Positions 37,446 to 47,123 of a stretch of DNA of 64,000 bases are shown piece after piece; position 1 is the stretch's first letter, and each line of letters opens with the position of its first letter. The translations under genes and the position numbers were made by a program. Origin of the DNA: Gammaproteobacteria bacterium (lineage in GTDB: Bacteria; Pseudomonadota; Gammaproteobacteria; GCA-2400775); NCBI GenBank assembly GCA_015492075.1, contig WGFU01000032.1, positions 4,359 through 68,358 on the forward strand. Direction: 5' to 3'. The notes under the pieces are model-generated. The model did not search any database. It worked only from the letters and a program-made list of their open reading frames with translations, and was not told the origin of the DNA.

Positions 37446-38300
37446 TCAATTTTCATTAAGCAATTTTTCTAAATAGGGTGGTAAAACCATTGCGCCATGA
37501 TGTCCGGCGACACTATAAAATTGGGTATCAAAGCTGAGCTTGTCTGAAATAGAGTTGGCTGCCTCTGAAAGATTAATGTTCTTGCCACCGGCGGTTGCAC
37601 TCCACCACCCTGATGGATAGACGCACTGTGGAAACTGATAACTTTGCAGGCTAACAAAACCAGCAGCGCGCATGGCCTGGCGCATCTCGACCATCTCGTT
37701 CGGTGTCAGCAAAGGTGATCCGCTTTGTTGAATGACAATACCACCCTGATTCAGCGCTTTATAACAATCACTAAAGAATTCCTGCGTAAACAGGCCTTGG
37801 GCAGGTCCGACTGGGTCAGTGCTGTCAACAATAATCACGTCGACCGATTCAGGTGCTTTATTTTTGATCCAAGCGATACCGTCGTCAAACAGCAGTGTCG
37901 CCCTGGGATCGGTGTTGGCTGAGCATAGTTCTGGGAAGTAGATTTCCGCGGCGCGGGTAACGCCTTCGTCAATGTCCACTTGTGTCACATGTTCGACAGT
38001 GTGGTGTTTCAGCACCTCTTTTAAGGTGCCGCAGTCACCGCCGCCAATAATCAATACTTCTTTTGCTGCGGTGCAACTTAGCAATGCGGGGTGCGCCATC
38101 ATTTCATGGTAAATGAAGTTATCGCGGCTGCTTAACATCACACAACCGTCAATGACCATTAACTTACCGAAATGCGTAGTGTCAAAAATCTCAATTTTTT
38201 GATATGCGGTTTGCTGCTCAAAGAGTTTGCCTTTGATTTGCAAAGAAAAGGCGCTGCCGCTTTGCTCAAAGATTTCGGTAAACCAGTTTGTGTTAAGCAT
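37446..38300 (-). CDS. speE: Spermidine synthase
   Basis: 284 aa with VLIIGGGDCGTLKEVLKH and VIIVDSTDPVGPA. Confidence 0.9.
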   Translation of the reverse strand: MLNTNWFTEIFEQSGSAFSLQIKGKLFEQQTAYQKIEIFDTTHFGKLMVIDGCVMLSSRDNFIYHEMMAHPALLSCTAAKEVLIIGGGDCGTLKEVLKHHTVEHVTQVDIDEGVTRAAEIYFPELCSANTDPRATLLFDDGIAWIKNKAPESVDVIIVDSTDPVGPAQGLFTQEFFSDCYKALNQGGIVIQQSGSPLLTPNEMVEMRQAMRAAGFVSLQSYQFPQCVYPSGWWSATAGGKNINLSEAANSISDKLSFDTQFYSVAGHHGAMVLPPYLEKLLNEN

Positions 38301-38397
38301 CGGTGCCTCATAAGCGAGATTCTTGGCTGGGAGTCACAAGCATGATTGCTTATACTGCGCCAATCTAGAATATGTGATCATTACGGCGCGATAATAT

Positions 38398-40227
38398 ATG
38401 CAAGACTGGAGTATTGACAAGGCAAGATCGACCTATGCGATCAAACAATGGTCGGGCGGCTATTTTGACATTAGCGATAATGGTCATGCCACGGTGCAGC
38501 CTGATCCTGGTCAGGCAAGCGAGATTGATCTTTATGAGTTAAGCCAAGCGTTAGAAAAAAGCGGCTTAAGGCTTCCCGTATTATTACGTTTCCCGGCGAT
38601 TCTACGTCATAGAGCGACCATGCTTGATGCGGCATTTTCTCAAGCCATGAATACGCATAAGGTCAATGCCAGGTATATCGCCGCATACCCAATAAAAGTC
38701 AACCAGCGCAGAAATGTTGTCGACCAGATATTGGCTGTCAATGACATGAAAGTCGGGGTTGAGGTAGGCAGTAAGGCAGAGCTTCTCATTGCGATCGCAC
38801 GTGCAGGGCGGCATCAACCCATTATATGTAACGGCTACAAAGACCAGGAATATTTGCACCTTACTGCATTGGCGCAGCAGCTGGGTTTTACAATATATAT
38901 TGTAATCGAGCGCTTGATCGAGCTTGAGCTAAGTCTGCACGTCTACCAGCAACTTGGTTTGCAAGCGCTGTTTGGTATCCGTGTGCGTCTTGCCACAATG
39001 GGTAGTGGACAATGGCAAAACAGCGGCGGCGAGAAATCCAAGTTTGGTTTGTTGGCCGCCGAGGTATTAAAAGCCGGCGATATTCTACGCGCGCATAAGA
39101 GTGAACAGTGTCTGCGTATGATGCACTTTCATATGGGGTCGCAGATGAGTGATCTTGCCGATATACGTCGTGCCATACGTGAAGCCGCGTTTTATTTTGC
39201 CGGGCTGTGTGACGACGGCTTTGATATCGATACCATGGACGTGGGCGGCGGCCTCGGTATTGATTACGAAGGCAGTCAAAGTACGAATTACTGCTCGATG
39301 AATTATTCGCTGGATGATTATGCCAACGTTATTGTCAGCGAGATCAAATCCGTATGTGAACACCGAGGCTTAGTTTTTCCGAACCTCATTACCGAAGCGG
39401 GCCGCGCCATGAGCGCGCATCACGCGGTCTTGGTCACCAATGTTATTGACGTCGAGCGTGTAACACCATTAATCACTGAAAACGTAACGGTGAGCAGTCG
39501 CGGCGAAAGATTGTATCAACAGTTGCAACACGATTTGCAAGAAGCGCGTAGGCAATTTAGCGCGGGTGATTTAAGTCTGCGTCAGCGAGCGCAAGCAGAA
39601 CAACATTACTTCGCTGCTTGTGAGCGACTACGCTATCTGATCGAGGATGGGGACGAAGAAGACTATAGTGTGCTGCAAGAAATACATGAAAAGCTGGCGG
39701 ATAAAATATTTTGTAATTTTTCTTTGTTTCAGTCTTTGCCTGATACCTGGGCTATAGGGCAGGTATTCCCGGTTATGCCGCTGCATAGGTTGCACGAGGA
39801 GCCAGATCGTCACGGCATTGTTCAGGATATTACTTGTGATTCAGACGGTGTGATAGAGCATTATGTGGCGAATGAAAACGTGGCCACTTCGTTACCCTTG
39901 CATGCCTGGTCACCAGGCGAGACATATCTGCTGGGCATATTCCTTGTTGGCGCCTATCAGGAAACATTAGGGGATATTCACAACCTTTTTGGCCGAGTTA
40001 ACTCAGTGGATGTTGAGCTTGATGCCCAAGGTGGCTACCGTTTGCTGCGCCCTGAGGAAGGCGACGACAAGGCGGCGGTGATTGATCTGGTTCATTACAA
40101 CAGTGAAGATTTACTGTCCAAGCTGGCGCTTGAAGTCGACAGAAGTGATATGAGTGTTGGTCTGAAAGAGGATTACCGTAAACTATTGCAGCAGAGTTTT
40201 TCCAGTTATACCTACCTGACGGAATAA
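38398..40227 (+). CDS. speA: Biosynthetic arginine decarboxylase
   Basis: 609-aa PLP-dependent SpeA family (YPIKVNQ; GGGLGIDYEG), divergent from speE. Confidence 0.93.
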   Translation: MQDWSIDKARSTYAIKQWSGGYFDISDNGHATVQPDPGQASEIDLYELSQALEKSGLRLPVLLRFPAILRHRATMLDAAFSQAMNTHKVNARYIAAYPIKVNQRRNVVDQILAVNDMKVGVEVGSKAELLIAIARAGRHQPIICNGYKDQEYLHLTALAQQLGFTIYIVIERLIELELSLHVYQQLGLQALFGIRVRLATMGSGQWQNSGGEKSKFGLLAAEVLKAGDILRAHKSEQCLRMMHFHMGSQMSDLADIRRAIREAAFYFAGLCDDGFDIDTMDVGGGLGIDYEGSQSTNYCSMNYSLDDYANVIVSEIKSVCEHRGLVFPNLITEAGRAMSAHHAVLVTNVIDVERVTPLITENVTVSSRGERLYQQLQHDLQEARRQFSAGDLSLRQRAQAEQHYFAACERLRYLIEDGDEEDYSVLQEIHEKLADKIFCNFSLFQSLPDTWAIGQVFPVMPLHRLHEEPDRHGIVQDITCDSDGVIEHYVANENVATSLPLHAWSPGETYLLGIFLVGAYQETLGDIHNLFGRVNSVDVELDAQGGYRLLRPEEGDDKAAVIDLVHYNSEDLLSKLALEVDRSDMSVGLKEDYRKLLQQSFSSYTYLTE

Positions 40228-40232
40228 GCTTG

Positions 40233-40832
40233 TTAATTCACCTTTAGTACGACTGTCTCAATATCGTTATCCTGCAAACGGTAGCGCACCGTATTTACTT
40301 TGTCGAGACTGCTAAACGGACCAACACGAACACGATGCCAGGCAACCGCGTCATTGATTTTTACTGTTTCGATATTGGCCTCAACCCCAATCAGCGCCAG
40401 ACGCGCTTTTAGTTGGTCAGCCTGTTTGAAAGTTTTAAAGGCGCCGGCTTGCAATAAATAATGGCCTCCTTTGTCTGCGTCGGGGATGGGGGCTGTTTTT
40501 TTGTCGCGACGGTTTGCTATTTGCTCTTCGGGGATAATGATTTCACGCTCAGGTAACAGGCGGTAAAAATCAAAGCGCGGTTTGTCTAAGTTTCTTGTCT
40601 GGGCCGGTTGCACTTTCTTTTTGGTCGCGGGCACTGCTTTTTGTTGTGCAGCTGGTTCAACTGCCTTGGTTGCGGGTTTGCCGTCAGCGCGTACGTAGAG
40701 ATAAACAGCCAGCGCGGCGACTAAACCCAGAATCAAGCCGATGAGTAACCAGACCCAAGGCGGTGTCGATTTTTTACGTGTGCTGCTGCGCCGAGCCTGT
40801 TTTTTGCGAGTTTTAGCTTTGCTGATGGCCAT
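40233..40832 (-). CDS. SPOR-domain cell-division protein (FtsN-like)
   Basis: Basic N-terminus, a TM segment, a linker, and a C-terminal SPOR domain (YLLQAGAFKTFKQADQLKARLAL..WHRVRVGPF). It lies downstream of argS, as in Pseudomonas. Confidence 0.8.
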   Translation of the reverse strand: MAISKAKTRKKQARRSSTRKKSTPPWVWLLIGLILGLVAALAVYLYVRADGKPATKAVEPAAQQKAVPATKKKVQPAQTRNLDKPRFDFYRLLPEREIIIPEEQIANRRDKKTAPIPDADKGGHYLLQAGAFKTFKQADQLKARLALIGVEANIETVKINDAVAWHRVRVGPFSSLDKVNTVRYRLQDNDIETVVLKVN

Positions 40833-40845
40833 GCTTGCATCGCCC

Positions 40846-42594
40846 CTACATTGATTCGGGCGCTGAGACCCCGAGTAATGTTAGACCATTTTTCAGCACC
40901 TGTGCTACAGCGCTGATTAAGGTCAGGCGCGCATTGCGAGTGGCATCGTCATCTACTAAAAAGGCATGAGCATTGTAATAGGCGTGAAAATCGCCGGCTA
41001 ATTGTCTTAAATAATTCACCAACTGATGTGGTTCACGTTGCAGCGCCGCATTTTGCACCACGTCTGGATAACGTGACAGACTGATTATAATATCGGTTTC
41101 GTGTGTTTGAGTCAGCGCGGTTAACGGCACACTGGTATCAAGCGCGCTGAAACCTTTGTCAGCCAGTTTGTTCATTACGGTATAGATGCGGGCATGGGCA
41201 TACTGGATATAAAATACTGGGTTTTCATGCGATTGTGACTTGGCTAAATCAAGGTCAAAGTCCATATGCTGCTCAGTACGGCGCATGACATAGAAAAACC
41301 GCGCGGCATCGTTGCCGACCTCTTCGCGCAGTTCGCGCAAGGTGACGAAAGAGCCGCTGCGCGTCGACATGGAGACTTTTTTGCCATCGCGGTAGAGGTT
41401 GGCAAATTGCACCAGTAAGATTTCCAGTTTGTTCGGATCTTCACCAACGGCTTGAATGGCTGCTTTAACACGGGCGATATAGCCGTGATGGTCGGCCCCC
41501 CAAATATTAATGATGCGCTGATAGCCACGGCCGTATTTTTCCAGGTGATAAGCGATGTCAGAGGCAAAATAGGTGGGTTGACCGTTGTCGCGTAAGACCA
41601 CGCGATCTTTTTCATCACCAAACTCGCTCGATTTAAACCATAAGGCGCCCTCTTTTTCATATAGGTGACCCGAATCTTTCAGGCGAGTAATAGCATGGTC
41701 AATGGCATGGCTGCTGACCAGCGAGCGCTCTGAAAACCATTGCTCATATTCAACGCCGAATTCGCCCAGGTCTTGACGAATATCGTCAAGGATGACATCG
41801 AGACCGGCATTGACAAAAACCAGGTAGTCATCGCTCAGCAGCCGCTTGGCGCAGGCGATGAGGCCGTCGATATGCCGTTCCTTATCGCCACCGTCTGCCG
41901 CATCAGCCGGCACCTCAGAATAGACCTCACCGCTGTTACGCTTGAAGCGATCACCCTTGCTGGCCAATACCGCTTGGGCGATGTCAGTGATATAGCCACC
42001 CTGATAACCATTGCTCGGGAAGCTCAGCGTTTCACCGCAGGCTTGCAGATAACGCAGCCAAATACTGGTGGCAAGAATATCCATCTGACGTCCGGCATCA
42101 TTGACATAGTACTCGCGCTCAACCTGGTAGCCGACGGCGGCCAGAAGGTTTGCCAGTGTCGCCCCGTAGGCAGCACCGCGGCCATGACCGACATGCAACG
42201 GCCCGGTCGGGTTGGCGGAGACAAACTCGATCTGAATCTTGCTGCCCTGGCCATGATCACTACGGCCGTAGCGGTCGGTCTTAAGCAAAATGTCGCCGAC
42301 CACGCCATGCCAGGCATTCTCCTTTAAGTAGAAATTAATAAATCCTGGTCCAGCGATCGCTGTTTTTTCGATAATAGGGCTATCCGGCAAGGCATCAATA
42401 ATCAATTGTGCCAGCTCACGCGGGTTTCGACGCGCCACCTTGGTCAGTGTCATTGCCATATTGGTAGCGAAATCACCATGTGCTTTATCACGGGTGGCTT
42501 CGATATGAATGGGGTGATTTTCGAGGCTGAGTTCAAGCTCAGCGCTGATGTGTTCGAGGGCGCTGGTCAACAGCGCCTGCAGCTGGTGTTTCAT
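40846..42594 (-). CDS. argS: Arginine--tRNA ligase
   Basis: 582 aa with the HIGH-type HVGHGRG and the KMSKS-type MSTRSG. Confidence 0.97.
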   Translation of the reverse strand: MKHQLQALLTSALEHISAELELSLENHPIHIEATRDKAHGDFATNMAMTLTKVARRNPRELAQLIIDALPDSPIIEKTAIAGPGFINFYLKENAWHGVVGDILLKTDRYGRSDHGQGSKIQIEFVSANPTGPLHVGHGRGAAYGATLANLLAAVGYQVEREYYVNDAGRQMDILATSIWLRYLQACGETLSFPSNGYQGGYITDIAQAVLASKGDRFKRNSGEVYSEVPADAADGGDKERHIDGLIACAKRLLSDDYLVFVNAGLDVILDDIRQDLGEFGVEYEQWFSERSLVSSHAIDHAITRLKDSGHLYEKEGALWFKSSEFGDEKDRVVLRDNGQPTYFASDIAYHLEKYGRGYQRIINIWGADHHGYIARVKAAIQAVGEDPNKLEILLVQFANLYRDGKKVSMSTRSGSFVTLRELREEVGNDAARFFYVMRRTEQHMDFDLDLAKSQSHENPVFYIQYAHARIYTVMNKLADKGFSALDTSVPLTALTQTHETDIIISLSRYPDVVQNAALQREPHQLVNYLRQLAGDFHAYYNAHAFLVDDDATRNARLTLISAVAQVLKNGLTLLGVSAPESM

Positions 42595-42703
42595 TAAGGT
42601 GTAGGTTTTCCGGAAATCAAGAAGCTAATGCCGGCTATTATGAAGGGTCAGTCAAGGAGTGCAAGTCAAAGAAAGTGACTGGTGCGGTGACAGGGAAAAT
42701 TGT

Positions 42704-42734
42704 GGATGCCGGACAACAAGGCTGTCCGGCATCC
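42704..42734 (-). terminator. Probable terminator after the spondin-like genes
   Basis: A 12-bp stem, GGATGCCGGACA / TGTCCGGCATCC. The downstream U tract on the minus strand (ACAAUUUU) is only modest. Confidence 0.5.
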
Positions 42735-42752
42735 AGTAAAGGCAGATTGGGC

Positions 42753-43496
42753 TTACTGAGTGCGTGTTACCGTAACGCGTGCAGCCCCGCCGTCAAGGAA
42801 GCGATGTGACTCGTTCAGCAACGATGTTAGCAGACCATCATCGCGGGTGACGACACCGGGGTGTCTGCGCACCTCGTTGGCGCCATCGTTGCGTGCGGCA
42901 TTAAAACCCTCGCCACCGACGTCGGGTCCGGGTACGGCGCGTTCGTCATCGGCTTCTGTGCCGGCGTCGTAGACGGCAGTATAAAAGGTCAGGCTTTCGT
43001 TTACGGTTAGATCGATAGGCATATTGGTGACACCGGTGTAGGCGTCGTTGGTATGCACCAGCATAGCAGCCAAAGTGAGGTGTAAATTCACAGCATTGGT
43101 AACGGAAATGCTGAGCGTTTCACTGCCACCGCCGCCGATCGGCGCAGTACCGGTAGTTTGTGTTAGAAATTGCGGTGCAGCCTGTGCCTCGTCGAGAAAC
43201 ATTGCAGGATTGCCCCCTTCGGCAAGGAATTCCAGCCCGGCACTGGCCGCTGTGCCGATTTGCCATGCGCTGTATCCCGCTTCATGTAATGCCACGCCAA
43301 CCGGTGCGAGAGGCTGGTTATTGGTAGCATTACTGACAGTGATGTCAAATGACATCATTCCAGTGTTAGTGCTGCTGGCGCTGTCGATGGTGGCGCTAGC
43401 ACTAGTGGTATTGTTGCTACTGCCGCCGCCACAAGCGCTAAGCACGCTTGCCAGGGCTATCATACCCGGCCACAAGAGATGTTTGTTGATATTCAT
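42753..43496 (-). CDS. Spondin_N-like domain lipoprotein (paralogue 1)
   Basis: Lipobox LSACGG. Blocks shared with the neighbouring gene are FDITVSNATNNQPL, GTAASAGLEFLAEGGN, LTLAAMLVHTNDAYTG and YTAVYDAGTE. The family assignment is from memory of bacterial spondin-domain proteins. Confidence 0.6.
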   Translation of the reverse strand: MNINKHLLWPGMIALASVLSACGGGSSNNTTSASATIDSASSTNTGMMSFDITVSNATNNQPLAPVGVALHEAGYSAWQIGTAASAGLEFLAEGGNPAMFLDEAQAAPQFLTQTTGTAPIGGGGSETLSISVTNAVNLHLTLAAMLVHTNDAYTGVTNMPIDLTVNESLTFYTAVYDAGTEADDERAVPGPDVGGEGFNAARNDGANEVRRHPGVVTRDDGLLTSLLNESHRFLDGGAARVTVTRTQ

Positions 43497-43511
43497 TGTG
43501 TGTTCTCCCGT

Positions 43512-44243
43512 TTACTGTAGCGTTATCGTGACGCGTGCTACAGGGTTAAGCCAGCGGTGCGCCGTGCTGTCGATATCGCTGTAGCCGCCGGTGGCATAGG
43601 TGTCGCCCAGGACATTACGGTGAATATGAATGGTGCCGTCAGCACCACCGATATCGGCATCCGCGCCAACGCTGCCGACGGGAACGCCATACGCGCCGGT
43701 GCCAAGGTTCGGTACCGGCCCGGCGGGGAAACCCGCTTGGTCGGTGGCGCAACCAGCTGATTGCACTTCATCATTGATCTCTGTACCGGCATCATAGCCA
43801 GCCAGGTAATAGGTTACGCCGCCTGCAGTAGGTAGTTCGACAGCATCCAGCCCGACAAAGCCATCGTTAGTCGGCAGAATCATCGCGCCCAGGGATAACA
43901 GGGTGTTGTTGGCGTTGGTGGACAAAGTGAAAGTTGTTGAAGCACCGGGTGCCAATGCCCCCCCTGCCGGATTGTCGATAATATCGGCGCTAGCTGCGGC
44001 AAGAAGCGCATTCAAGCCACTGGTGTCACCACATTCCGCCATAAGCTCTAGCTCATTGCTGGCTGCTGTGCCGACTTCAAAGATATCGGCAGCATCGGTA
44101 TGGGCGGCGACAATCAGTGGTGTGAAATAGCTGCCATTGGTCAAGTTGGTAACAGTAATATTAAAATCAGCGGCAGAGATGGGTGCAGACAGTGCTAAGA
44201 AACACGCTGCGGACAGTGATGAGAGGGTATGCTTGGTCGCCAT
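43512..44243 (-). CDS. Spondin_N-like domain secreted protein (paralogue 2)
   Basis: Signal peptide, then FNITVTNLTNGSYF, GTAASNELELMAECGD, LSLGAMILPTNDGFVG and YLAGYDAGTE. It lies 15 nt upstream of paralogue 1. Confidence 0.6.
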   Translation of the reverse strand: MATKHTLSSLSAACFLALSAPISAADFNITVTNLTNGSYFTPLIVAAHTDAADIFEVGTAASNELELMAECGDTSGLNALLAAASADIIDNPAGGALAPGASTTFTLSTNANNTLLSLGAMILPTNDGFVGLDAVELPTAGGVTYYLAGYDAGTEINDEVQSAGCATDQAGFPAGPVPNLGTGAYGVPVGSVGADADIGGADGTIHIHRNVLGDTYATGGYSDIDSTAHRWLNPVARVTITLQ

Positions 44244-44562
44244 GATGATACTCCTTAAAATTAAAGCGGTTTTAAAAAGGGTTAAATAACTGGTTCCGTG
44301 TCACTGCAGTAGGATCGAACAGAGGTCGCAGTTTGATGAACATCCGTGTTAGCTGAAGAGGCCGTTAGTATACGTTTAAATAACGCTTGATCTTGGTGTG
44401 AAAAATTGTGAAATTCTCATAAATTTATGACAAAATCATCACTAAATAAGTGGCAAGCCAATGGCGCGATTGATGTTGCGGGGTAGGTGTAGTCACAAGT
44501 GGCCAAGATGATTTGAAGGGTGTTTATAAGCTTTGTGATAGTTTTATATGTAGCAGGTAGAT

Positions 44563-46770
44563 TTAGTTCATATCCATCGGGTCAACGTCTATAGACCACC
44601 TGACCTTTCTTGCTAATTTAATATTCGAAAGTTGTCTTATCCACTGATGTAGTAAAGCATGCAGACTGCGCCGGTCGCCGGCTTGCAATAACAATTGTGC
44701 CCGGTGGCGACCCGCACGCCGTGCCATGGGTGCCGGGATGGGGCCTAGCAGCATCGCAGTGTTATTGGCAATTAATTCAGCTTGCTGCTTTGCGCTGTCT
44801 AAAAACTGCATTGGTAGTGACTCATCTACTGCTTCAGCACGTAATAAGGCCATGTAACTAAAGGGTGGTAGCTCGGCGCTTTTACGTTCAGCGATCAATT
44901 GTTCACTAAAGCGTTGGTAGCCTTCATTTATTAGAGTTTGTAGTAAAGGATGTTCCGGATGATGGGTTTGTATCAGTACATGCCCTGCTTTGTCACCACG
45001 CCCGGCTCGGCCAGCCACCTGAACAACGAGCTGGGCTAGGTGTTCCAGTGCGCGAAAGTCAGTGGCGAACAGCCCTTGGTCGGCATTGAGAATCGCGGCC
45101 AGTGTGACGTTGGGCAGGTGATGACCTTTGGCGATCATCTGAGTACCGACAAGTATGTCGCCCTGCCCTTCTTCGATTTGATTCAGCAGCTTATTCATAG
45201 ACCCTTTTTGCTGGGTGGTGTCGCGGTCAATACGAATAATATGCTGATAGGGGAAGAGCGTTTTCAATGTGTCTTCAATTTGCTCGGTGCCAAAGCCAAC
45301 GGTGGTGAGTTCTTCACTGTGGCAATCACCACAACGTTTATCGAGCGTGCGTTGTGAGCCACAGTGATGGCAGCGTAGGCAGTGTTTGATGTGATGCACC
45401 GTCATATTGGCATCGCAGCGCTGGCATTTGGCGGCCCAGCCACAGTCGTGGCAGAGCAAGGCAGGGGCGTAACCGCGACGATTGACGAATAACAAGATTT
45501 GCTCGCCCTTTTCCAGTGTCTTTTGCATATGCGCAATCAGCATGGGTGATAAGGCGCCTTTGAGCGATTGTCGGCGCATATCGATTAAACCCACGGTCGG
45601 TGGCATGGCGTTACCGCCGCGTTCTGGCAGGTGTAACCAATGATAGCGGCTATTACGTGCATTTTCGCTCGACTCTAAGCATGGCGTTGCTGAGCCGAGA
45701 ACGATGGGAATATTAAGTTGCTGCGCGCGCCGTATCGCGATATCGCGGGCATGATAGCGAAAGCCGTCTTGTTGCTTGAATGATAGATCATGCTCTTCAT
45801 CCACCACAATGAGTCCGGGGCTGGCCAAGGGTAAGAACACGGCAGAGCGCGTGCCGACGATGATGTCGGCCTTACCGCTGGCGGCATCCTGCCAGGCGCG
45901 CGCCCGCTCGCTGTCGTTTAGCCCTGAGTGATAAGAAACAAAGCGATAGCTGAAACGTTGCTGTAGGCGCTGACTGAGTTGCGGTGTCAAACCGATTTCC
46001 GGCACCAGTAGCAGGCACTGTTTCCCTTGGCTCAAGACAGCTTGCATAGCCTCGAAGTAGACCTCGGTTTTACCGCTGCCAGTAACCCCTTCTAATAAAA
46101 AGCGGCTAAAACTGCCGAGTTGTTGCTGGATCTGATCGACTGCATTCTGTTGATCCACATTGAGATTGACGAGCGCGGATTTGTTCTCGGTATTGGCAAC
46201 CGCTGCGCAAGGTTGTACCCAGTGTTTGTCTAGAAGAGCTTTTAACGCGGGTTGCCAGGCAAAGTCGCAGGTCTGCAGTTGTGAGCGATCCAGCCTATAA
46301 CCCACAGCGCGCTGAAACCGTTGCATCAAGGCGCGTTGCCTTGGCGCACGTGCTAGTGTTTCGACGTCGCAGTTTTGCCCAGCCGCGGTCAATGCCCAGG
46401 TGTTGCTTGCGGTCTCATTAACCTCCTGGCCACGACGTAATAATGTGGGTAAGGCAGTGGCCAAGACTTCACCCAAAGGGTGATGGTAGTAGCCGGCTGC
46501 CCAGCGGCACAGCGCCAGCAATTCTTGCGGCACGATATCACTATCAATACAGCGAACCGCATGGCGTAAACGTTCTCGCGGTAATGCGCTTTTTGTCGCG
46601 GTTTCAATCAAGACACCAAAGCGTTTACCTCTGGCAAAGGGGACTTCTATCCGTATACCAGGTGATAGGTTTGTCAGATCACTGTCGATCGGGGGTAGAT
46701 AGTCGAACAATTGATACAATGGGCTTGCCACTGCCACGCGTAAAATCATATCGTTTTCTGTTGACTTCAT
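44563..46770 (-). CDS. priA: Primosomal replication-restart helicase PriA
   Basis: Walker A GVTGSGKTEVY, DEEH, and the Cys-rich zinc region CHDCGWAAKCQRC..CLRCHHCG. The start may be the internal Met (MILRVAV). Confidence 0.95.
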   Translation of the reverse strand: MKSTENDMILRVAVASPLYQLFDYLPPIDSDLTNLSPGIRIEVPFARGKRFGVLIETATKSALPRERLRHAVRCIDSDIVPQELLALCRWAAGYYHHPLGEVLATALPTLLRRGQEVNETASNTWALTAAGQNCDVETLARAPRQRALMQRFQRAVGYRLDRSQLQTCDFAWQPALKALLDKHWVQPCAAVANTENKSALVNLNVDQQNAVDQIQQQLGSFSRFLLEGVTGSGKTEVYFEAMQAVLSQGKQCLLLVPEIGLTPQLSQRLQQRFSYRFVSYHSGLNDSERARAWQDAASGKADIIVGTRSAVFLPLASPGLIVVDEEHDLSFKQQDGFRYHARDIAIRRAQQLNIPIVLGSATPCLESSENARNSRYHWLHLPERGGNAMPPTVGLIDMRRQSLKGALSPMLIAHMQKTLEKGEQILLFVNRRGYAPALLCHDCGWAAKCQRCDANMTVHHIKHCLRCHHCGSQRTLDKRCGDCHSEELTTVGFGTEQIEDTLKTLFPYQHIIRIDRDTTQQKGSMNKLLNQIEEGQGDILVGTQMIAKGHHLPNVTLAAILNADQGLFATDFRALEHLAQLVVQVAGRAGRGDKAGHVLIQTHHPEHPLLQTLINEGYQRFSEQLIAERKSAELPPFSYMALLRAEAVDESLPMQFLDSAKQQAELIANNTAMLLGPIPAPMARRAGRHRAQLLLQAGDRRSLHALLHQWIRQLSNIKLARKVRWSIDVDPMDMN

Positions 46771-46846
46771 GGTAAGGATTATAGTGGCTGTCGGTAAACG
46801 TTAACGTAAATCATTGTTTTTTGCGCTAAGTGATTGTTCGTTAGTG

Positions 46847-46881
46847 TTATCCACAAAATCTGTGGATAAGTCTGTGGATTA
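46847..46881. promoter_or_regulatory. Triple DnaA-box cluster: TTATCCACA-aaatc-TGTGGATAA-gtc-TGTGGATTA
   Basis: Two perfect consensus 9-mers in opposite orientation, plus a tandem third box with one mismatch, 77-110 bp upstream of the priA start. Confidence 0.65.
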
Positions 46882-46929
46882 TCTGTAGTGAGCACCATAA
46901 AACAGTGGTTTTTACAGGACTTGTTACAG

Positions 46930-47037
46930 ATTGACTATAAATTGACCGATATATAAAATCTATATAAATCAATTAGTTACATTTGTATAAAAATTTATAA
47001 AGGTTTTCATGGAAAAAGGGCTTGAAAAATTTTTCAA
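46930..47037. repeat. AT-rich short direct repeats and a palindrome
   Basis: ATTGAC twice at an 11-bp period (46930, 46941). TATATAAAATC / TATATAAATC in tandem (46950-46970). A perfect 16-bp palindrome, TTGAAAAATTTTTCAA (47022-47037). Confidence 0.6.
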
Positions 47038-47123
47038 TTTCTGTAGATGTGCATAACTAACAACAAACTTATATGTTTAAGACAAAATTTTGACAGTTTC
47101 AAACTCTGGTGCTGGCTACGGTG

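Noticed and set aside
36979-37476. 165-aa Lys/Arg-rich ORF overlapping the DUF4124 gene in another frame
   Set aside because: The DUF4124 frame has a signal peptide and the family signature LYQWTDEQGNVHFTD. The alternative frame is low-complexity basic sequence.
46771-47123. Calling this region the chromosomal origin (oriC) outright
   Set aside because: Only three good DnaA boxes are present. There is no dnaA, dnaN, mnmG or mioC context, I saw no GATC cluster, and I cannot compute GC skew from one window. It is kept as a finding with DARS-like or promoter alternatives rather than as an oriC feature.
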